Shown piece by piece: positions 60,189 through 64,000 of a DNA stretch of 64,000 bases. Every line of letters begins with the position of its first letter. Position 1 is the first letter of the stretch. Source of the stretch: Clostridia bacterium (lineage in GTDB: Bacteria; Bacillota; Clostridia; Oscillospirales; CAG-272). The translations under genes and the position numbers were made by a program. Location: assembly GCA_017387685.1 (NCBI GenBank), contig JAFOEU010000024.1, positions 29,800 through 93,799 on the forward strand. Reading direction: 5' to 3'. A model generated the notes under the pieces. It was not told the origin of the DNA. It ran no database searches and saw nothing but the letters and a program-made list of their open reading frames with translations.

Positions 60189-62771
60189 TTATTTTTTAAA
60201 TTTTCTTTTCTTGGTTATCAGAGCCGCCGCGGGAAGAGCTGCGGCAAGAGGTGCGGCGGCAAATGAAGAGCAGCCCGAGGTCTTTACCTCTTCACTTTCG
60301 GGAATCAGCTCACTTTCGACGGGGGCGGGGGTTGCCTTGGCGGTAAAGCTGTATTTAAATCTTCCGCCGGGTGCGACGTCGCCCGAGGTATAGAAATCGA
60401 GGATATCGCCCGAGAAGCGGGTATAAATATACTTATCCGTGTTCTCCGTTGCCTGATCGCCCTCGTCGTGGACGTTATCGGTCACGGCGAAATTGACGGT
60501 GAACTCCTCCCCCTCGATACCGAGGGAAGATTTCGGGATCTCGACCTGAAGGTATCTTCCCTGCACCGAGTAAGCGATATCCGCGACCGCTTCGCTTTCG
60601 TAGCCGTTGCCCGTGAAGCATTCGAGGACTGCGATGCTCTCGCTCTTCGGCGTTGTCTTATTAATAACGTAATTGAAGGACTCCCATCCACCCTCTCTGC
60701 CATCGACTTCGAGGTAGATATTCATCCAGAGGGGATCGGTATAGGGTGAGATATTCTCCGCGCACTCGACGAGGATGTAAATATTCTTATCATCCCTTGC
60801 CATCTGCGCGCCGATGATATCGTTTCTGCCCGAATAGTCGCGGTAGGTCAGCTCGCCGTAGCCCTTTGCCTCTCGGTCACCGGTGTTGCCGATGTAGGAT
60901 GCATAGTAGGGAGCGACACTCTGCCACTGCGCCGTACCCGCGGTGATATCGATGCTCTGCTTTTCGCTCGCCTCGGGGATCGGGCGCACGCCCTTATACT
61001 GTCTTACGAAATTGACGAACTGATAGTAATAAGCGTCGCCGAGGACTCCGCGCGATGGCTCGATATCGCGGCTGTTTTCGGCATTGTACTGATCGGGGAA
61101 TGCGTTTTTCACGCCCTGCCATTCCTCGTATCTGCCCGCGATCCACTCGTTATAGCCCGTGACAAAGATGACCTTTGGATCGGCCTCGAGCGCGTAACCA
61201 AACTGCTCGGCGAAGTTCGCGCCCTTGAGGACTGCATTTTCGCTCGTGTCGTAGCCCTTTGAGGTATAGGTTCTGCCCGTGTTGTTCGGACCGTTCATTG
61301 CAGAGAGCTGATGGGTAACGAAATTATGATTCTGCGAAACGCCGACCGAGATCTGCTCGACTATTCCGGCTTTCTCATTATCGTAATTCAAATAATACTT
61401 TGCCTGCGGATAGACCGAGAGCCAGCCCCAATCTCTATACTCGGGGAATTTGTTTATGTAACCTGGGTAGTTATTTCTGAAGGTAAAGAAGGATCTGATC
61501 TCGCTCTGCAAGCCGTCGTTTTTATCGAGCTTACTCTGATGCGCCATCAGCATCGGCTTGCCGTCAAACCAGAACCAGAGTGAGGAATATTTACCGTCGC
61601 GGTAAATATCTGTGTAAAGCATCTTCATCTGCGCCACGGCATCGTCGGTTGCCGCGAAGGGGAGCATGAAGGAGACCTTGGGGACGGTCACGCCGTCCTT
61701 CTGCGCCTGTCCCCAAGTTTCAAAGAGCGGGATATAGCTGTCGCGCCATGTATACTGACCGTTGGTGTTATCCGTGAACACGGTATCGACGAGAGCGTTC
61801 GCGAGCATTTCCGACTGACGGCGGAGCACCCACTCATCGTTTGTGCGGTAATAGCCGTATATCGGCTCGTCCCAGAAATGGTTGTAATATCCCACGGGCC
61901 AGCCGCTGTAATTGTAATCGTGAATTATATCGTCGATGTTGACACCCTTTGCAGCCTCGGCATCGAGAAACTGCTGTACGTTGAAGGCGTTTGCATTGCC
62001 CTGCGAGGCATGCCAAGTCCAATAAAAGAGCGCAAGTATCTTATCATTGCGCGGGTTGCCGACTTCGGAGTTGGTCAGAGCCTTTCTGCCGAGCGAATCG
62101 GTGAACACCCACGTGTCGGGCATAACGTCGTTTTTGTGATAAAGACTATCCTTCGGCAGAGAGTGCGCAGAAAGATCGGTCTTATCCGACAAGTCCTGCT
62201 CATAAACGGGAGCTTCGCCGTAAACAGGCTCCGCACTTTCACATTCTTCAAAAATTTCCTTTTCGTTGCCTTCAACTTCAAGTGTCATAAACATATCTCC
62301 CTTGCTTTCAACTCCGTCGGTGTAGCGGTAGCCGAGGCTGACAGAATTGTCACCCGCGCACCAGCATCCGACCGTGCCAGAGGTCTTTTCGATAGCGAAA
62401 AAGTATTCGCCCGCGGGCTGTTTATCAAAATAGAGCCAATTTGTCGCGTTATCCTGAAGTGCTGTGAATTCCTTCGTTGCAAAGGGCTCTGACTCCACGG
62501 TCGCGTTGTAGCTTCCCTTCCACTCGTAAGCCGAGATGTAAGCCGAATATTTTCCGCTGACCGACCACGTCGGCATAGAAAATCCGACACCCGATACGGG
62601 CACCTTGAGCTTGACTCGCATACCCATAACGCCGATTCCCTCGCTGATCTGTATCGCACCCGTTTGCACGGAATACGCCTTGATCTGCTCTGCGGCGGCA
62701 GGCAGAGCTCCGAGCGGGAGCATTGAAAGTGCCAACAGAAGCAGGGCTGCCTTTAAAAATCTTCTTTTCAT
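60189..62771 (-). CDS. Secreted multidomain glycoside-hydrolase-like protein with a C-terminal Cys-containing hydrophobic/basic tail
   Basis: It has a signal peptide (..LPAAAE), an N-terminal beta-sandwich-like region and a central region with LFYWTWH / HFWDEPIYGYY motifs, reminiscent of TIM-barrel glycosidases. The tail is SGCSSFAAAPLAAALPAAALITKKRKFKK*. The catalytic family is not assigned. Confidence 0.55.
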   Translation of the reverse strand: MKRRFLKAALLLLALSMLPLGALPAAAEQIKAYSVQTGAIQISEGIGVMGMRVKLKVPVSGVGFSMPTWSVSGKYSAYISAYEWKGSYNATVESEPFATKEFTALQDNATNWLYFDKQPAGEYFFAIEKTSGTVGCWCAGDNSVSLGYRYTDGVESKGDMFMTLEVEGNEKEIFEECESAEPVYGEAPVYEQDLSDKTDLSAHSLPKDSLYHKNDVMPDTWVFTDSLGRKALTNSEVGNPRNDKILALFYWTWHASQGNANAFNVQQFLDAEAAKGVNIDDIIHDYNYSGWPVGYYNHFWDEPIYGYYRTNDEWVLRRQSEMLANALVDTVFTDNTNGQYTWRDSYIPLFETWGQAQKDGVTVPKVSFMLPFAATDDAVAQMKMLYTDIYRDGKYSSLWFWFDGKPMLMAHQSKLDKNDGLQSEIRSFFTFRNNYPGYINKFPEYRDWGWLSVYPQAKYYLNYDNEKAGIVEQISVGVSQNHNFVTHQLSAMNGPNNTGRTYTSKGYDTSENAVLKGANFAEQFGYALEADPKVIFVTGYNEWIAGRYEEWQGVKNAFPDQYNAENSRDIEPSRGVLGDAYYYQFVNFVRQYKGVRPIPEASEKQSIDITAGTAQWQSVAPYYASYIGNTGDREAKGYGELTYRDYSGRNDIIGAQMARDDKNIYILVECAENISPYTDPLWMNIYLEVDGREGGWESFNYVINKTTPKSESIAVLECFTGNGYESEAVADIAYSVQGRYLQVEIPKSSLGIEGEEFTVNFAVTDNVHDEGDQATENTDKYIYTRFSGDILDFYTSGDVAPGGRFKYSFTAKATPAPVESELIPESEEVKTSGCSSFAAAPLAAALPAAALITKKRKFKK

Positions 62772-63553
62772 CCAAACACCTCGTAAGCCGCGACCACGCG
62801 GAGCATATCGCGGTCGAAATTCTGCCTGCCGTAGGCATCGAGGAATCTGTCTTCGTACTCGTTGGTTTTAAGATTGTACCAAAGCGTCCACACGCCCCAG
62901 AAAAGGTCGATATGACGGTCGCCGACACCGCCGTTTCCGACGTCGATGAAGGCGGAAAATTTCCAATTATCAAGCATCACGTTGGGCAGACAGTAGTCGC
63001 CGTGGATGAGGGTATCGTTTTTGAGCGCGGAGCCATATTTCTTTATGACCGCCATCGCTTCCTCTGCCGACGCGTAGCCGAAGGAATCGGGGAATGAATC
63101 CTTATCGTAATTGCCGGTACGGTAGTTTTCAAAGGCAAGCACCGTATAGGATTCTATCCTGTTTTGCACGGGGCAATCCCGGAAATCGTGCTGATGCAAG
63201 CCATAAAGGAGCTCGGCGTAAAGATCGCAGAGACGCTTCGGATCGGAGAGGTAGAGCTGATCGGTGCAATCCTCACCGTGCACGCGGGCGGTGAGCATAA
63301 AATCGCGATCGGTCTGCTCGAATGCGAGCAGCTTCGCGCCGAGACCGAGAGAACCGAAATATCCCGTCATCCGCGCCTCCGCTTCAAGCTCGCCGCGCTT
63401 CATGCTTTTGAGAAAATATCCGTCATCTTTATCAATAAACAGCACCTCAGCGCCGCTGGCGCATCGGCTGTCGTAAATATCCGCCCCCGAGAGCAAAGGG
63501 CGAAGCCGTTCGGGATAATTTTCAATATTTACTATCACGGGAACCTTTTGCAT
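62768..63553 (-). CDS. Aminoglycoside 3'-phosphotransferase-like kinase (APH family)
   Basis: HGDYCLPNVMLD...FIDVGNGGVGDRHIDL is the APH(3') catalytic and Brenner-motif region. The start is at MQKVPV, which has a GAGGG RBS. The stop overlaps the next gene start (ATGA). Confidence 0.78.
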   Translation of the reverse strand: MQKVPVIVNIENYPERLRPLLSGADIYDSRCASGAEVLFIDKDDGYFLKSMKRGELEAEARMTGYFGSLGLGAKLLAFEQTDRDFMLTARVHGEDCTDQLYLSDPKRLCDLYAELLYGLHQHDFRDCPVQNRIESYTVLAFENYRTGNYDKDSFPDSFGYASAEEAMAVIKKYGSALKNDTLIHGDYCLPNVMLDNWKFSAFIDVGNGGVGDRHIDLFWGVWTLWYNLKTNEYEDRFLDAYGRQNFDRDMLRVVAAYEVFG

Positions 63554-63682
63554 TTCATCGCCCTCTCTTATACATAGGTAGTTTAATTTTATCACATTAT
63601 TAAGTAAAAGTCAACAACAAAAATACAGCACGGCGAAAATTTCCGATTCTTATTATAAAGCTCGGTACGCTTGTCTTATCTG

Positions 63683-64000
63683 CAATACAGACTCCGATCT
63701 CCTCATCCACCACTGCCGTGGTCCCCCTTCCCCGCTGGGGAAGGCTTGTTTAGCAAGCGCGAACATTAGTGACAGCGATATAGTTGCGCGAAAATGCTTG
63801 CAAAATGCCAGAGAATTATATTACTCGTCTTATAACTTACTTTAAAATATCATGACAAGAGTTTCTCGTTTTCACAAACAATTTCCTATGGTGAAACCGA
63901 TTAACGATATTTAGAAACATCAAGCGAGACTATAAATAAGCCTTCCCCAGCGGGGAAGGTGGCAGCCGAAGGCTGACGGATGAGGAGATCGGAGTCTGTA
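63683..64000. repeat. Second long inverted-repeat element (62-63 bp arms, ~190-bp AT-rich core), reaching the window edge
   Basis: The left arm is TACAGACTCCGATCTCCTCATCC-ACCACTGCCGTGGTCC-CCTTCCCCGCTGGGGAAGGCTT. The reverse complement of the right arm is TACAGACTCCGATCTCCTCATCC-GTCAGCCTTCGGCTGCCA-CCTTCCCCGCTGGGGAAGGCTT. Confidence 0.8.

Noticed and set aside
62768-63553. APH(3')-like gene as part of a mobile resistance island
   Set aside because: There is no transposase, integrase, IS end or direct-repeat boundary in the flanks. Codon style looks like that of the neighbours, and the gene is translationally coupled to a native-looking glycan gene. The upstream IR element is noted separately, but it carries no mobility gene.
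1-64000. Search for defence systems, prophage, integrative elements, CRISPR-Cas, toxin-antitoxin pairs
   Set aside because: No ORF in the track shows nuclease/ATPase/methylase/reverse-transcriptase/integrase/capsid-type motifs beyond the housekeeping RecA, RecG, NrnA and EEP-family proteins. There is nothing to support such a call.

Overview
About 64 kb of chromosome from a Gram-positive anaerobe, probably Clostridia (Oscillospiraceae/Ruminococcaceae-like); that assignment is inferred from gene content and codon style, not searched. Housekeeping genes are confidently recognisable: an Opp-type ABC transporter tail, rbfA-nrnA, recA-recX-recG, nrdG-nrdD-trxB, murA, an RluA-family pseudouridine synthase, pnp, rpsO and tRNA-Pro(UGG). 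They are interspersed with accessory carbohydrate and surface genes. These include six paralogous ~500-aa lipoprotein solute-binding proteins with no adjacent permease. There are also several glycoside-hydrolase-like genes, a sugar-acid type cluster (SDR, enolase-superfamily dehydratase, MBL hydrolase), an AraC regulator and an ECF sigma/beta-propeller pair. Large surface proteins and an APH(3')-like kinase complete the set. I found no CRISPR array, no transposase, integrase or phage genes, and no recognisable defence system. The most unusual signals are non-coding. (1) A modular family of palindromic intergenic elements starts right after stop codons. Each has a CTAG heptamer array, a GAAGG junction, an AAATTTTCGC..GCGAAAATTT hairpin and a strong bidirectional terminator hairpin. 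Variant spacer modules occur, either 22-nt mini-hairpin units or GAGGGCA heptamers. (2) Two ~320-350 bp elements have ~62-66 bp GC-rich inverted repeats, themselves built of covarying mini-hairpins, flanking AT-rich cores. Both lie just upstream of glycosidase-type transcription units. (3) A c-di-GMP-I (GEMM-I) riboswitch lies in front of a 1123-aa thioester-domain adhesin that lacks an LPXTG anchor. (4) NrdD is fused to a C-terminal CPKC redoxin domain, with trxB immediately downstream. All functional calls rest on motif and family recognition by eye; no database search was run.
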